64,000 nucleotides of DNA from Candidatus Multivoradales bacterium (GCA_965248925.1 CBDFLE010000006.1:2912001-2976000); one strand, 5' to 3'. Shown: positions 36,371 through 46,889, numbered from the stretch's first letter. The notes: generated by a model from the sequence alone, not told the origin. Program-made: numbers and translations.

Positions 36371-37719
36371 GTCTCGGCCCACAGCCAGCCACCGTCACCA
36401 ACTCCATATTCGCCCTCGGCCTCGAGCCGTTCGACGGCTACGGCCATCCCCGCGGCCCGCTCACCAGCTACGATTTCGTACCGCCCGTCGCCGCCGATCT
36501 CGGTGGTGGCGAGAGCGATTCACAGCAAGTCAACCGCTCCGGGTACGCCCGCGCTGGCGTTCCCGGTCCCAAAGGAGGCCCCGTCGAGTGGCAGTTCCCG
36601 CTGCGCTCCGGCGCCTGGCTCGAGCACCTACATCATCTGGCGCCGGCGGCCACAAAGAACGATCTTGGAGGCGGTGCTTACGAGTACACTTTCAGCTCGC
36701 AATTCGTCGGTGGCGTGCAGACCAGCTACTACGGCCTGCTCGCCAAGCCGCCGGCCGAGGCCGTGGTTTTCCACGGCGCCCGCTTCAGCGGCCTCGAATT
36801 CGACATCGGCAACGATTCGAGCATCGTTGGCAAGCTCACCGGCCTCAACGCCCACGGTACGTCGGCCGGATTCCCCGAGGTCCAATCTGGCAGCCTCTAC
36901 ACCCTCGGCCCGCTAGTGCGCGGCCTGGTGCTCGATCCAGACGCCGGTGACATTTACCTGGAGATCACCCGCGACACCGCCGGCGGGGGAGTGCAGTTCA
37001 AGTTCGAGCAGACTTTGGAGGTGCCGACTTTTCCCGCCCCGGCCGCCATCGATCTTTACACCTCCGCGGGCCTCGGCGCCTGGCAGCAACTACCGGGCAT
37101 TGGCCTCTACGGCCTTGTTGTCGATCCCTTCGAGGTCATTTTCCCCGGCGCCGCCGCCACCCACGCCGCCCTCGCCATCGGCGACCGCTGGCGCATACCT
37201 GCCGCGGCGGTGGTGCCAGCTACAGTGGTGCCTCCCAGCGAGGGCCACGACTACACATCAGCCCACTGGCAGCTACTCACCGGCACAGTCGACACTGTGG
37301 CCGACACCGACCTCGCCGTCCTCTCTGGCGCCTGCCGCATCCTCCGCCCGGTCAGCGCAGACCCGCAAAACGGCAGTCTCTACCCACGGTGCATCAGCGC
37401 CGATGGGCGATTCGGACTCGAACTCGATCTCAAACGGCGCCTGGTCGACGACTACTTCAAACGCGTTTATGACCGAAAAACGCGCATCTCTCTGCGCACC
37501 GAGTTCCTGGGCGCACCCATCGCTGCAAGCGGCTTCTACGAGTCCATCCGCATCGACGGCCAGCGCTGGTCCGTCACCGAGCGCACCTCGGCCGTCAGCG
37601 GCCAGGGGAAGATCGACGAAGACATAAAGCTCCGAGCAGAAACCAACGACGCAGGCGATCCGCCGGGCACCATCCGCGTCGTTAGCGCCCGTGACTGGTC
37701 CATCCCCGTCCTACCCTGA
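36367..37719 (+). CDS. Probable tail tube protein with an inserted domain
   Basis: LGLE...YG start, Y.YTFS, F.GA.FSGLEF, and position before the tape measure. No sheath gene seen. Confidence 0.65.
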   Translation: MSLGPQPATVTNSIFALGLEPFDGYGHPRGPLTSYDFVPPVAADLGGGESDSQQVNRSGYARAGVPGPKGGPVEWQFPLRSGAWLEHLHHLAPAATKNDLGGGAYEYTFSSQFVGGVQTSYYGLLAKPPAEAVVFHGARFSGLEFDIGNDSSIVGKLTGLNAHGTSAGFPEVQSGSLYTLGPLVRGLVLDPDAGDIYLEITRDTAGGGVQFKFEQTLEVPTFPAPAAIDLYTSAGLGAWQQLPGIGLYGLVVDPFEVIFPGAAATHAALAIGDRWRIPAAAVVPATVVPPSEGHDYTSAHWQLLTGTVDTVADTDLAVLSGACRILRPVSADPQNGSLYPRCISADGRFGLELDLKRRLVDDYFKRVYDRKTRISLRTEFLGAPIAASGFYESIRIDGQRWSVTERTSAVSGQGKIDEDIKLRAETNDAGDPPGTIRVVSARDWSIPVLP

Positions 37720-37724
37720 GCACC

Positions 37725-37901
37725 ATGACCGACCCTCGCCAGCTTCCCGACCTGCTGCGCGCCACTTGGAGCGCCACGCGCGATATCTACCTGGCCGGAG
37801 GCTTCTCCGAGGCCGCGGCCCGGAAGCTGGCTGCGGTCTACATGCTCGGCCTTTTGCAAAGCGCCGCCCAACCCCCCACCGAGATCCCTGCTGATGGCTG
37901 A
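37725..37901 (+). CDS. Small hypothetical protein (tail chaperone position)
   Basis: 58-aa ORF filling the gap and overlapping the next start. Confidence 0.45.
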   Translation: MTDPRQLPDLLRATWSATRDIYLAGGFSEAAARKLAAVYMLGLLQSAAQPPTEIPADG

Positions 37902-39675
37902 CCTCGACCGCGAACTCAAGCAGCGTATCGTCGTCGAGTCCGAGGGTACGGACGCCTTCGCCCAGACCGCCGCTGGAGCCAAGGAACTCGACCAGAGCAT
38001 CGCTGAGATCGAGCAGTCCCTTGACGCCAGAATCTCCGAACTCGACGCCCTTTTCGCCAGCTTTGAACAACAGTTTGGTTCGCTCAAAACAGCCGCCGAA
38101 TCGCTTGGCGAGGCCAAGAAGCCAATTCTTGAGTTCGTCGCCGCCGTCAAAGAAGGTAGCGAGGGCATAGAGCGCAAGGCCGGCCGCGCAAAGCTGGCAC
38201 TACAGGAGGTGCGCGCAGCTGCCGAAGAACTCCGCCAGTCCGGCACCGGCATGACCGAGGCGCAGCAGCGCGAACTCGAACGCCTCGAGGATTCCTACGA
38301 AGGTGCCATCGCCGCCGCGGGTAGGTACAAGGCTGCCCAGGCCGAGGCTCGCCGCGAGATTCGCGAAGCCACTGCGTCCCAGCGCGAATTCACTGGATCG
38401 ATCAACGACCTCGGCGACATCGTCAGCCGCGCCAGTCCAAAGCTGTCGGCCCTGGCCCTCAAAGGGGGAGCGGTAGTCGGCGCCTTCTCGGCTGGCTACG
38501 CCGCCGGAAACAAATTTCGCGAGATCCTGGGCGCTATCGATCGCGTGCTTGGCACCAGCCTACTGCCAACTCTCAACAAAGCAGTTACCGGATTTTTTCA
38601 CCTCGAAGAGGCAGCAGAAGCCTGGGTGCTGGAGGCTGAGAGCCAAGAGACCCAACTCCAGAACCACACCAACCTCTACAAAGTCCTAGTAGCCAATGGG
38701 ATCGATCCCGCCACCCTGTCGATCGAACAACAGCGCGCCGCTCTGGCCAAGCTGAAACTCGAGCAAGCCCAGCAAACTGGCGCCATCGTCGAAGTCGACA
38801 AAGCTTTCCAAACATGGACGACCTCCCTCGGTATCAACCGCGCCGAGCTCGATGCCCAGGTCAACACCCTCGAATCCAACCTGCAAAAACTCACAGCCAG
38901 TGGCGCAAAGCTCGATGAACAAGAGCTGGGCGAGAAACTGAAACCTAGGATTCAGGCGCTGCTGGACCTGTACGAGGCCTTCGGCGAAGTACCCCCGAAA
39001 CTACAAGCCATCGCGGATCGATTCGGTGTTGTAAGTTCCGCCGCCGAGGCAAGCGCGCGCTCGATTGAAGACCTTCAACGGCGTACCAGCGCGAGTCTTG
39101 CGAAAACCGCGAAAGATGCCGGGACCAGTCGCGAGGACATCCGCAAAGCACTCAAGACACTGACCCCGGCCGATATCGAACTGCTCAGCCCGAAACTGAA
39201 GGAGCAGGTTGCCACCGAACTGATTGCTGCCCGCGACAAAGTGACACTACACGGTGGAGAGTTCACCGAAAAAATGTCGCAACAGGCAGCTCGCGTCGCC
39301 TTGCTGATCCCGGCCTTTACAACACCCTTCAAAGAACTCACGGCAGCAGCCGGTGATGGTCTATCTGACCTCACCACAAAAGGGGATGGTAGCGGGCAGG
39401 TCGTGGCGGACGCTGCCACCGGCTTGGAGAGTCTCAGCACCGCCACCGCAGCGCTCAAGACGGGCGACGCCGCCACGGTGGTCACAGACATCGCGACCGC
39501 TCTCCAGACCCTCGGTGCGGGTATCGACACAACCGGGTTCGATGGTTTCGTCAACCATGTGATCGCTGGTCTCAAGAACATCTCAACACAGGCGAAACAG
39601 ACCGGCAAAGACCTCGAAGATGCATTCAAGGTCGAGAATGGCAGCAGCCCCGGAGACACCCCCGATGCCGGTTGA
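37894..39675 (+). CDS. Tape-measure-like protein, part 1
   Basis: Ala/Glu/Leu-rich coiled coil, 593 aa. Confidence 0.7.
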   Translation: MADLDRELKQRIVVESEGTDAFAQTAAGAKELDQSIAEIEQSLDARISELDALFASFEQQFGSLKTAAESLGEAKKPILEFVAAVKEGSEGIERKAGRAKLALQEVRAAAEELRQSGTGMTEAQQRELERLEDSYEGAIAAAGRYKAAQAEARREIREATASQREFTGSINDLGDIVSRASPKLSALALKGGAVVGAFSAGYAAGNKFREILGAIDRVLGTSLLPTLNKAVTGFFHLEEAAEAWVLEAESQETQLQNHTNLYKVLVANGIDPATLSIEQQRAALAKLKLEQAQQTGAIVEVDKAFQTWTTSLGINRAELDAQVNTLESNLQKLTASGAKLDEQELGEKLKPRIQALLDLYEAFGEVPPKLQAIADRFGVVSSAAEASARSIEDLQRRTSASLAKTAKDAGTSREDIRKALKTLTPADIELLSPKLKEQVATELIAARDKVTLHGGEFTEKMSQQAARVALLIPAFTTPFKELTAAAGDGLSDLTTKGDGSGQVVADAATGLESLSTATAALKTGDAATVVTDIATALQTLGAGIDTTGFDGFVNHVIAGLKNISTQAKQTGKDLEDAFKVENGSSPGDTPDAG

Positions 39676-40408
39676 CGGGTCCGCTATCACCGGCCTGCTC
39701 ACCACCGTTGCCGAGCAGTTCGAGTCCACCGCTCAGCGCGCCACTGCCGCCGGCGAGCGCATCGCCCGCCAGGCCGAGCTGGCCGAAGAGCAGCAGGACC
39801 GCCTGCTCGAAACCGCTCAGCGCACCGCGGCTCAACTCAGCGAAGTCCATCAGCGTATTGAGTCCCAAGTCGATCAGCTCAGCCGACCGAGGCAGGCCTA
39901 TAGAGAGTTCCAAGACGAAACCGTGCTGGCGTTCAATGACCTGTTGGCCCGCGCCGAACAGTTCGATAGCGCCTTCGCCCAGTCGCTACAGGCGGCCATC
40001 AAACTCGTCCAAGACGGCAGCCTCACCGTGCGAGATTTCGAGCAACAATTCGGCGGATTTGTCATCACCATGGAAGATGGCACAAAGCGAATCTCCGAGC
40101 TGATACAAGGCATCGACCCGAACGTCTTCCGTCAGCGGGCTCAAGAGTTGCGCCAGCTCCTGGAGCAAGAGAAGCTCTCCATCGAGCAGATCATCCAAGA
40201 GCTGAGCCAGCAACAAAACCAATACGCAGACGACCTAGTCCGTCTGCTCGGCCTCTACAAAGCAGGCAAGACAACCCTCGACCAGGTGCTCGCCGCGGCT
40301 CGCAAGGCCAAAGCGAGCCTCGGCCCCGACAGCATCACCGGAACCATCGGCGATGGTCTCGAAGAGCTGCTACGTCGCCAGCGCCGCCAGGGCGGAGGCA
40401 ATTTATGA
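39665..40408 (+). CDS. Coiled-coil protein (tape-measure-like, part 2)
   Basis: Gln/Glu-rich helical ORF overlapping the previous gene by 11 nt. Confidence 0.6.
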   Translation: MPVDGSAITGLLTTVAEQFESTAQRATAAGERIARQAELAEEQQDRLLETAQRTAAQLSEVHQRIESQVDQLSRPRQAYREFQDETVLAFNDLLARAEQFDSAFAQSLQAAIKLVQDGSLTVRDFEQQFGGFVITMEDGTKRISELIQGIDPNVFRQRAQELRQLLEQEKLSIEQIIQELSQQQNQYADDLVRLLGLYKAGKTTLDQVLAAARKAKASLGPDSITGTIGDGLEELLRRQRRQGGGNL

Positions 40409-41067
40409 GCCACCTGCCAGCAGTCGCCGGCGACGCAGTGCTCGACAACAAAGTCCTGGGACATGAGGCCAGCCAATGGGACATCGAGCTCACCGAGCTA
40501 CGCATCGTCGAACGGTTGGCCACCGGCCGTGCCATCGAGCGCACCACCCGCGCCCCCGTGGGCGAGCCGCTGATCATCACCCGTAGGACTTTTGTGATTG
40601 ACTGGGACCACCTTGAGCAGGGGGCCCGCGCTCAGGTCGAACAACAGCTCTCGCTGCCAGGTGAGCATCGACTAGTACTCTGGCGCGAAGAGCAACTCGC
40701 CTGGCTCGGCGACGGCAACCGCACAATCTATATCCTGCCCAACCGTTGGCAGCTTGCTCTTCACGTCGTGAGCACACTCCTCCCTGGTGGCGTGCCCGCC
40801 GCCGCTTTCGAGCCGGTCGTCAGCGTCGGCGGCGTCGACGCTACGTATGCTCTCGTGGCAAACGTCGCCGCCGCTGCGCCGCCTGCCGGGCAGGTACATT
40901 TCGAGGACTCCACGAGTCGATTCCGCCTGCCCTCGGCCCCAGCCCCCGGAACACCGATCTACGCTCGCGTCGTCCCAGCCTATCCAGTCTTCCGCGGCGC
41001 CCCAGTCGGCAAACAGCTCCGTGGCCCGCTCAGAGAGCCGCACCAGTTGGAGTTGATCGAAGCATGA
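40405..41067 (+). CDS. Putative distal tail protein
   Basis: Position after the tape measure, with a GDG....Y.L motif. Confidence 0.55.
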   Translation: MSHLPAVAGDAVLDNKVLGHEASQWDIELTELRIVERLATGRAIERTTRAPVGEPLIITRRTFVIDWDHLEQGARAQVEQQLSLPGEHRLVLWREEQLAWLGDGNRTIYILPNRWQLALHVVSTLLPGGVPAAAFEPVVSVGGVDATYALVANVAAAAPPAGQVHFEDSTSRFRLPSAPAPGTPIYARVVPAYPVFRGAPVGKQLRGPLREPHQLELIEA

Positions 41068-41149
41068 AAACACGGTCTCATGGCCGAGCCGAGCAAATGA
41101 TCGGGTTTCGGGATGGACTTGGTAGGTTGACACCCATCGAGGTGCTCCC

Positions 41150-43348
41150 GTGCCCGTAGAAGCCAAGATCACCGCCGGCTTGAGAGTAACCTCCACTCTT
41201 GGCCTCAGACCGTCGGTGCGCGCCCAGGTTGGCAGTCTCAACTCCGGCCCGGACCTCGCCGCAACTGTAAGCCGTGCCGCTTTGGAGCGTTACACCGGCG
41301 CAAGCTTGGTCCTCGGCCTGCGCATCGTGCTCGGCGGTGTCGACGTCACCAACGACCTCTCCGGCTCCCTAACCTGGCGAGAGTCGCTCGACGACCCTGT
41401 TCGCGAAGCCAGATTTACCTTGCTCGGGCGCCCCTACAGCCCCACCGTCACCACCACCACATGGACCCGCACCCCGGTGCAGATCTACACCCTCCAGGGG
41501 CCACCCGGCGACGTGACCGAGGTGCTCGAACTCGACGGCTTGGTCGACACCTGCACCGCCAACACTCAGGGCAACGTCCAGATCACCGCCGGCGACTACG
41601 GCCTGGCCTACGCCCAAGGCGAGGTCTGCTACGAACTCGAGCCCCTTCGTGGCCTCAGCCGCGGCGCCATTGCCCGCAACGCGGCAGCTAGCGCTGGCGT
41701 CCTGCTGACCAATATCCCCGCCGGCGCCACCTACGACAAACCAGTCCAGGCCGACGGCGAGGGCCTGTTCGCCTTCCTCCAGCCCTTCGGCGAGCCCGAA
41801 GGCTGGCACTGGCGCACCCTTAACGACCACACCCTGCAGGCATATACCGCCAGGCTGCGCCATCCACCAGAGGCGCCCGACCACGTCTGGCAGCTGTGCG
41901 ATCTCTACGACCACGTCGAGATTACGCCACCCGAGGGCGTAGCCTCCCGCTGGGTCGTGCGCGGCCAGGGAGCCGTCCGCGTCAGCGAGGCGGGCGAAGT
42001 TACCGAGATCCGCGAAACGGAGGTCATCGCTCCCTACGCCATAAAGCGAGCCCAAGCCCGCCAAGAGTCCACTGGATCGATTGTCCAAACCCCCACCACC
42101 GAGACGGTCACGGATGAAGTGATCTCGCGCGTCATCGATCAAGTGACCAAGCGTGCGGGCAAGCTCATTCGCCAAGTGACCCGACAGCTCGGCTGGTACA
42201 ACCCAGCCCATGCCAAGCTCACCACCTCGAGCATCGGCACTCAATCGCCAGAGGGCTACTACTACCTGACCTCTCGCATCGACAGTGAGGACCGTTATGT
42301 CGTGTGGTCCGCTCAGCGATTCCTCGAGATCGGCCGCCGCGAAGAAACGTGGCAATACGACGCCGACGGCAACTTGATCGAGCGCCGTATCAAGACCTAC
42401 AGCTACCACCGCCGGCGCGCTGGCGTCCGTACCGCCAGTTCGCCGACTATCAACGTCATTGGCACCTTGGTCGGCGACGACGACCTCAGCTACAAAGACC
42501 GCGGCGCCGGTGCGATCGAGACATATGGGCTGAGCGAGGAGCAAATCACCCGCTACCAATACGACTCTGTCAACGGCGACGCACGAGTCGAAGACCAAGA
42601 GGTCTACACCTACCACTCACCGCAAGTAGCAGTAGACCCCACTTTCACCGGCCACTACGTCCTCAGCGACGGCACCGGCCAGGCCGACATCGTCGCCAAC
42701 TGGTCGAGCACCACCCAGCAAATTCGGACCAACATCACCGACTCTAGCGGCCGCCTGCTAGGCGTTTCCGACGTCCGTCTGGGCTATCAGGTAACCGAGA
42801 TCGCTGCCGGGCTATACGACTACGGCACCTTCCGCGCCAACCGCAAGCAAGCGCGCTTCGCCGTCCTCAGCCACAGCAACCAGGCCTATCGGGTCGAATC
42901 CGATGACCTCTACGTCGAAATCGAATACATCCCCGGCCATCCGGCCAAAGAGACCCGGCGCCAGGGTCGCCCGCCCCTACCTCGCTACCTCACCAGTCCC
43001 TGGGTCGAGCTCACCCAGCAGCCCGTCGAGGCCATTCATTCGGATTCGGTGCTCGAATCATATTTTGGATTCCGCCGCCAGGTCCTCCAGCATGACCATG
43101 TGCAGAGCGTGTCCGAGGCCCAGGCCATCCTCGACCAGCTGGTCGACCGCGCGCTTAGTCACCGCTTCCGAGTCCGCCGGCCAGATCATCCGGCGCGACC
43201 TGGCGACACCATTCGCCTGATCGACATCGACCGCGGCGTCGATCACCGTGCCCTGGTGATCGACGTACAGCGCGAGCGCAGCCTCTCGCCACCTCTCGGT
43301 GTGGCCACCTACCAGCTCGTAGCGCCGCTGCGCGAGGCCGCTGCATGA
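41150..43348 (+). CDS. Putative tail hub/tip protein
   Basis: 732 aa, beta-rich, with C-terminal RPGD.I.L..V..V typical of hub proteins. Confidence 0.6.
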   Translation: MPVEAKITAGLRVTSTLGLRPSVRAQVGSLNSGPDLAATVSRAALERYTGASLVLGLRIVLGGVDVTNDLSGSLTWRESLDDPVREARFTLLGRPYSPTVTTTTWTRTPVQIYTLQGPPGDVTEVLELDGLVDTCTANTQGNVQITAGDYGLAYAQGEVCYELEPLRGLSRGAIARNAAASAGVLLTNIPAGATYDKPVQADGEGLFAFLQPFGEPEGWHWRTLNDHTLQAYTARLRHPPEAPDHVWQLCDLYDHVEITPPEGVASRWVVRGQGAVRVSEAGEVTEIRETEVIAPYAIKRAQARQESTGSIVQTPTTETVTDEVISRVIDQVTKRAGKLIRQVTRQLGWYNPAHAKLTTSSIGTQSPEGYYYLTSRIDSEDRYVVWSAQRFLEIGRREETWQYDADGNLIERRIKTYSYHRRRAGVRTASSPTINVIGTLVGDDDLSYKDRGAGAIETYGLSEEQITRYQYDSVNGDARVEDQEVYTYHSPQVAVDPTFTGHYVLSDGTGQADIVANWSSTTQQIRTNITDSSGRLLGVSDVRLGYQVTEIAAGLYDYGTFRANRKQARFAVLSHSNQAYRVESDDLYVEIEYIPGHPAKETRRQGRPPLPRYLTSPWVELTQQPVEAIHSDSVLESYFGFRRQVLQHDHVQSVSEAQAILDQLVDRALSHRFRVRRPDHPARPGDTIRLIDIDRGVDHRALVIDVQRERSLSPPLGVATYQLVAPLREAAA

Positions 43349-44808
43349 GCCTACGCCGCGAACTAGAACTCCTCTTTGCTCGCCGACACAAGCGCGAGCG
43401 CAGCCTGGCGCCCCGGCGCGTGCTCGGCCGCAACCGAGACGGCACCGAGCAGCACCAACGACTCGACGCCGAATGCGAGCTTCGCGCAGGCCAAGGCTCC
43501 CACGCCGTCGGCCAGGTCACCCTCTCGCCCGCCGCCCCGCCCTTTCGCGACCCCGGCGCTGCAGGCGTCGCCGGCCTCGGCAGTTCGGGCAGCGGAGGCC
43601 TGGTATGGATTGAAGAGCAAGATCCGGCGGAGCTGCCACAAGGATTCGAAGGGCTCGTCACCCTAAGCGGCCGAGGATTGTCAGCCGCCATTCACCTCGA
43701 GCACCGTCTACTCGAAGACAGCGCTATCGCCCACCCCGGCATCACTCTTAACGATGTGACTGCCATCGATTCGTTGACTCTAGAGCTCGATGTCACTGTC
43801 GCCCAAGACGCCGAACTCGTCGACGAAGCGCCACTCGCCTATGGCCTCACCAGCCCGCCCAGCCGGCTGCGTCCCGCGCTCTATTCCGTGGTGCCACCCA
43901 TCGCCGAGCCCGCATATCTGGCCTACATTGATGACGACGGCACCCTAATCCTGGCCGTCTACACCTCAGACGGCTCATATATAGAGGACACCGGCACCGT
44001 CGGCTACAGCACCGCCGAAGGCCTGGTCGCCATCGCCCAAGATCCCGCCGATCTGGTTAACCCCGGATCGCTCGTTTACATGGAAAACGAAGGGAGTGGC
44101 AATGGCTACACCTCGGCGTTGGTGCACGATTTCGTCGCTGATCTTACCTACCGACACGATGCCACCGCCGGCTGGGTCATGACCGCCGCCCTCCCAGTAA
44201 GCACCTGGCTTTATTGGGTCGAGTACCTCGATGGCCCATCCACCGAGACCCTCGATCTCCAGCTCCACCGAGCTAAGCCGGATCTCACCCTCCACGAGAC
44301 CATCGGATCTACCATCACTATCGGCACCGGGTCAGACTCAGACGGTTGGCTACAAAGCAACCTCAGCGCAATCACAGACACCCACTACCTGCTGCGCCCC
44401 TTCGGACACTTCAGCTTCGAGGTGATTTTCGGCCGCCGAGTCCGCGTAGATCTCGCTACTGGCCTGGCTACCGAGCACGCACAATCGCTCGATCAGTCAG
44501 TGCGCGGTAGCATCGGACTGTCCACCGGCACCAGCTCTCTAGCTGTAGGTAATGCCGGATCAGGAATGCAGCATTGGGATGGGCAAGCCACCAGCGACTG
44601 GGCCTCGTGGGTCCCTGGGACCTGGCCCACAGTTGCGCCGACTACCGTCCAGGTAGCATCTGGGCAGGCAGTCATCTGGGACGGCATCGACGTGCGCACC
44701 TCGTCGGCCGTCAACCCACCGATCCAACCCACGGCTCAGGCCACCCTCGAGCCACACCCATCCGGCGGAGACATCCTCGCCGTCACGCTGGTCTCTACCA
44801 GCCCATAG
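43345..44808 (+). CDS. Putative tail/receptor-binding protein
   Basis: Beta-rich and acidic, within the tail operon. Confidence 0.55.
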   Translation: MSLRRELELLFARRHKRERSLAPRRVLGRNRDGTEQHQRLDAECELRAGQGSHAVGQVTLSPAAPPFRDPGAAGVAGLGSSGSGGLVWIEEQDPAELPQGFEGLVTLSGRGLSAAIHLEHRLLEDSAIAHPGITLNDVTAIDSLTLELDVTVAQDAELVDEAPLAYGLTSPPSRLRPALYSVVPPIAEPAYLAYIDDDGTLILAVYTSDGSYIEDTGTVGYSTAEGLVAIAQDPADLVNPGSLVYMENEGSGNGYTSALVHDFVADLTYRHDATAGWVMTAALPVSTWLYWVEYLDGPSTETLDLQLHRAKPDLTLHETIGSTITIGTGSDSDGWLQSNLSAITDTHYLLRPFGHFSFEVIFGRRVRVDLATGLATEHAQSLDQSVRGSIGLSTGTSSLAVGNAGSGMQHWDGQATSDWASWVPGTWPTVAPTTVQVASGQAVIWDGIDVRTSSAVNPPIQPTAQATLEPHPSGGDILAVTLVSTSP

Positions 44809-44816
44809 GGAGCGCC

Positions 44817-46304
44817 ATGATCCAGATCTACGACGCCACCAACACCGCCGAGGTCACCAATCTCACGGCCGACCTCCAAGCCGGTGCCACCACGGCGCCC
44901 ATTACGCTAAACCTATGGAACAACAAAGACGGCCTCGGCGGAGAGGTGATCCGCGAGATCTTGCTGATTGTCTATACGGAGGACCCGGCTGCGGTCGGCA
45001 ACTACCTCCGTAGCGGCGTCCCGCCGCAAGACGAGCTTTGGCACCAGCTGCGGGTCACCGGCCACGACAACACCAACGCCCCCACCCAGCAGCCCTATTT
45101 GACCGATTGGATTGCCCTCGGCGCCTATCGCGTGCTGCGGATCCCAGATCTCCACCCACAGGCCAGCCGCCAGCTCGAGATCCGCTGGCGCGTCCCTGGC
45201 GCTGCCCAGGCCAACCTCTGGACCATCCACCTCGAAGTCGCTCACTCAGAGCACGCCCAGCCCTTGCCCGGCCCGCTGGCGCTCCACCCGCGCGGCATCC
45301 TGCCCCTCACAGATCAACGCAGCGCCTACCACCTCGTCCGCGGTGGACAGGTCACCCCCTCCGCCATTGCCGACGATCAGATCCACGTTGCCGCCATCCA
45401 ATCAACCCTCGCCGGCCAGATCCACGGCCACATCGCCGCCGACTTCACCCTCGACCAAAACGCCGCCGACCACGCCCTCGCCATCGGCGAGAAGTACTAC
45501 GCCGCCCTCAGCATCGGCCCCACAGGCGTCACCGCCACCAAGAGCACCGCCACTACTGGCCGCCCATCCATCCCCGCAGGGCACGCCGACACCGGCCTCA
45601 CCGTCCAGGTATCGCACCAACCCAGTGGCACCTCCCAGATCGATGCAGCCGACATCACCGGCGAAGTCACCTATGGACGAAGTCGCGTCATCGCCGGCCA
45701 AGGCCTCGAAGCCCGAGTCCACCCTGGCGAGATCGTCGCCGCCGGTACTCACCGGGTGTGGAGCACAGTCCAGCCCGTCAGCTTGTCCCCCACCGCCACG
45801 AATCACCTCTGGCAGCTAGCCGACGGAACCTACACAACCACCACCGCCCTGGCCGCTCCCGCCGGCGCCGTGCTCCTCGCTGAGCTCGACACCGACGCCA
45901 CTACCGTGCTAGCAGTCCGCGAGCGCCAGCGCGACGCCGGACCCCGTCGCGCCCTGCGCCTTCGCGGCCAACCCGAGGCCGGCCCTGGGCAACTCGACGA
46001 TCTGCTCATCACCGAGTCCCTACAACTTGAGCAAATCCAGGCCCGGCTCAGCGACGCCGGCGGCGGCACCGCCGGCCAGACCGTGCTCGATTTCCAGATC
46101 GACGGCACCACCGTCTACACCAGCCACGCCACCGAAGACCATCGCCCCGTGTTCGCCTTCGACGCCGGGAGCCTGGTCCACACCACCGGCATCCCCGAGT
46201 TGACCCAGATACCCGCCGGCGCCGTGCTCAGCCTCCACACCGCCGAGCACCCCACCGGTGGCGCCGCGCCGGCGATCGCCGAAATCACCCTGCTTTGTAG
46301 ATAA
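44817..46304 (+). CDS. Putative tail fibre/baseplate protein
   Basis: Thr/Ala/Gly-rich. Last large late gene. Confidence 0.55.
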   Translation: MIQIYDATNTAEVTNLTADLQAGATTAPITLNLWNNKDGLGGEVIREILLIVYTEDPAAVGNYLRSGVPPQDELWHQLRVTGHDNTNAPTQQPYLTDWIALGAYRVLRIPDLHPQASRQLEIRWRVPGAAQANLWTIHLEVAHSEHAQPLPGPLALHPRGILPLTDQRSAYHLVRGGQVTPSAIADDQIHVAAIQSTLAGQIHGHIAADFTLDQNAADHALAIGEKYYAALSIGPTGVTATKSTATTGRPSIPAGHADTGLTVQVSHQPSGTSQIDAADITGEVTYGRSRVIAGQGLEARVHPGEIVAAGTHRVWSTVQPVSLSPTATNHLWQLADGTYTTTTALAAPAGAVLLAELDTDATTVLAVRERQRDAGPRRALRLRGQPEAGPGQLDDLLITESLQLEQIQARLSDAGGGTAGQTVLDFQIDGTTVYTSHATEDHRPVFAFDAGSLVHTTGIPELTQIPAGAVLSLHTAEHPTGGAAPAIAEITLLCR

Positions 46305-46313
46305 GGAGAGGAT

Positions 46314-46601
46314 GTGCCAGACCTTGGAACCCTAATCGGTGCAGCTGGAGGCCTTACCGGCGTAGTCAGCCTTGTCCACGCTCGCGCCACCCGCCGCAAA
46401 ATCAACGCGGACGCAGACCAAATAATCGCGAGAGCCGCCGGCGACATTACAGGCTCCTACAGTGCGCTAGTCGCACAGCTCGAATCCCGGCTCGCATCGC
46501 TCGAAGAGACCGTCAAGGCCCTGAGCCAAGATGTCGAAGAGTGCCACCGAGAGCGCCGCGAACTGCTGCGCTCAGTTGCCGCCAATTCCCAACCACAGTA
46601 G
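46314..46601 (+). CDS. Small membrane-anchored coiled-coil protein (lysis-cassette-like)
   Basis: AAGGAG RBS, N-terminal hydrophobic helix and coiled coil. Confidence 0.6.
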   Translation: MPDLGTLIGAAGGLTGVVSLVHARATRRKINADADQIIARAAGDITGSYSALVAQLESRLASLEETVKALSQDVEECHRERRELLRSVAANSQPQ

Positions 46602-46700
46602 ATAGCGGTCTCGGTTACAAGGGGCAACCCCGCGGCCGTGGACAATATAGGGCCAACAGAAACAGGTGCCAGCCGATTGGCGGGCGGCGTCATCGGCATA

Positions 46701-46734
46701 GCCCGATCTGGGTATGAGCCGAGCCAGATCGGGC
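46701..46734. repeat. 11-bp perfect inverted repeat before attR
   Basis: GCCCGATCTGG ... CCAGATCGGGC. Confidence 0.6.
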
Positions 46735-46766
46735 GAAGTTCTGTGGCTTGAGGGGCTTCCGGCAGG

Positions 46767-46811
46767 CTCCGGAGCCGTAGGTCACAGGTTCGAATCCTGT
46801 CGGGCGCACCA
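46767..46811 (+). other. attR core: 3' half of tRNA-Arg(CCG)
   Basis: CTCCGGA anticodon loop, GCCGT, AGGTC, T-arm ACAGG-TTCGAAT-CCTGT, then CGGGCGC-A-CCA. No matching 5' half upstream. Confidence 0.88.
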
Positions 46812-46889
46812 CTCCTTCTCTCCTTAGATTCAATAGTTTAAGGCCGTTTTTGGCCATCCGTTAAAGCGGATGGATAGGCTGCCTGCACC

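Larger units (their letters stand above)
2689..46811. mobile_element. Prophage (~44 kb visible) integrated at tRNA-Arg(CCG); left boundary uncertain
   Basis: Integrase, immunity switch, replication, terminase, head and tail modules in canonical order, ending in a tRNA 3' fragment. Confidence 0.9.

Noticed and set aside
41150-46304. Diversity-generating retroelement or tail-fibre shufflon
   Set aside because: No reverse transcriptase, no template/variable repeat pair and no inverted fibre cassettes were seen.
3161-46601. Phage-wide TAG recoding, suggested by the amber in DUF2303 and the in-frame int-TAG-ATG junction
   Set aside because: Other phage genes end at TAG where expected (terL TAG overlaps the next start; also 14627, 44808 and 46601), and long genes are not fragmented.
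46735-46811. Intact tRNA-Arg gene
   Set aside because: The 5' acceptor strand, D-arm and 5' anticodon strand are missing.
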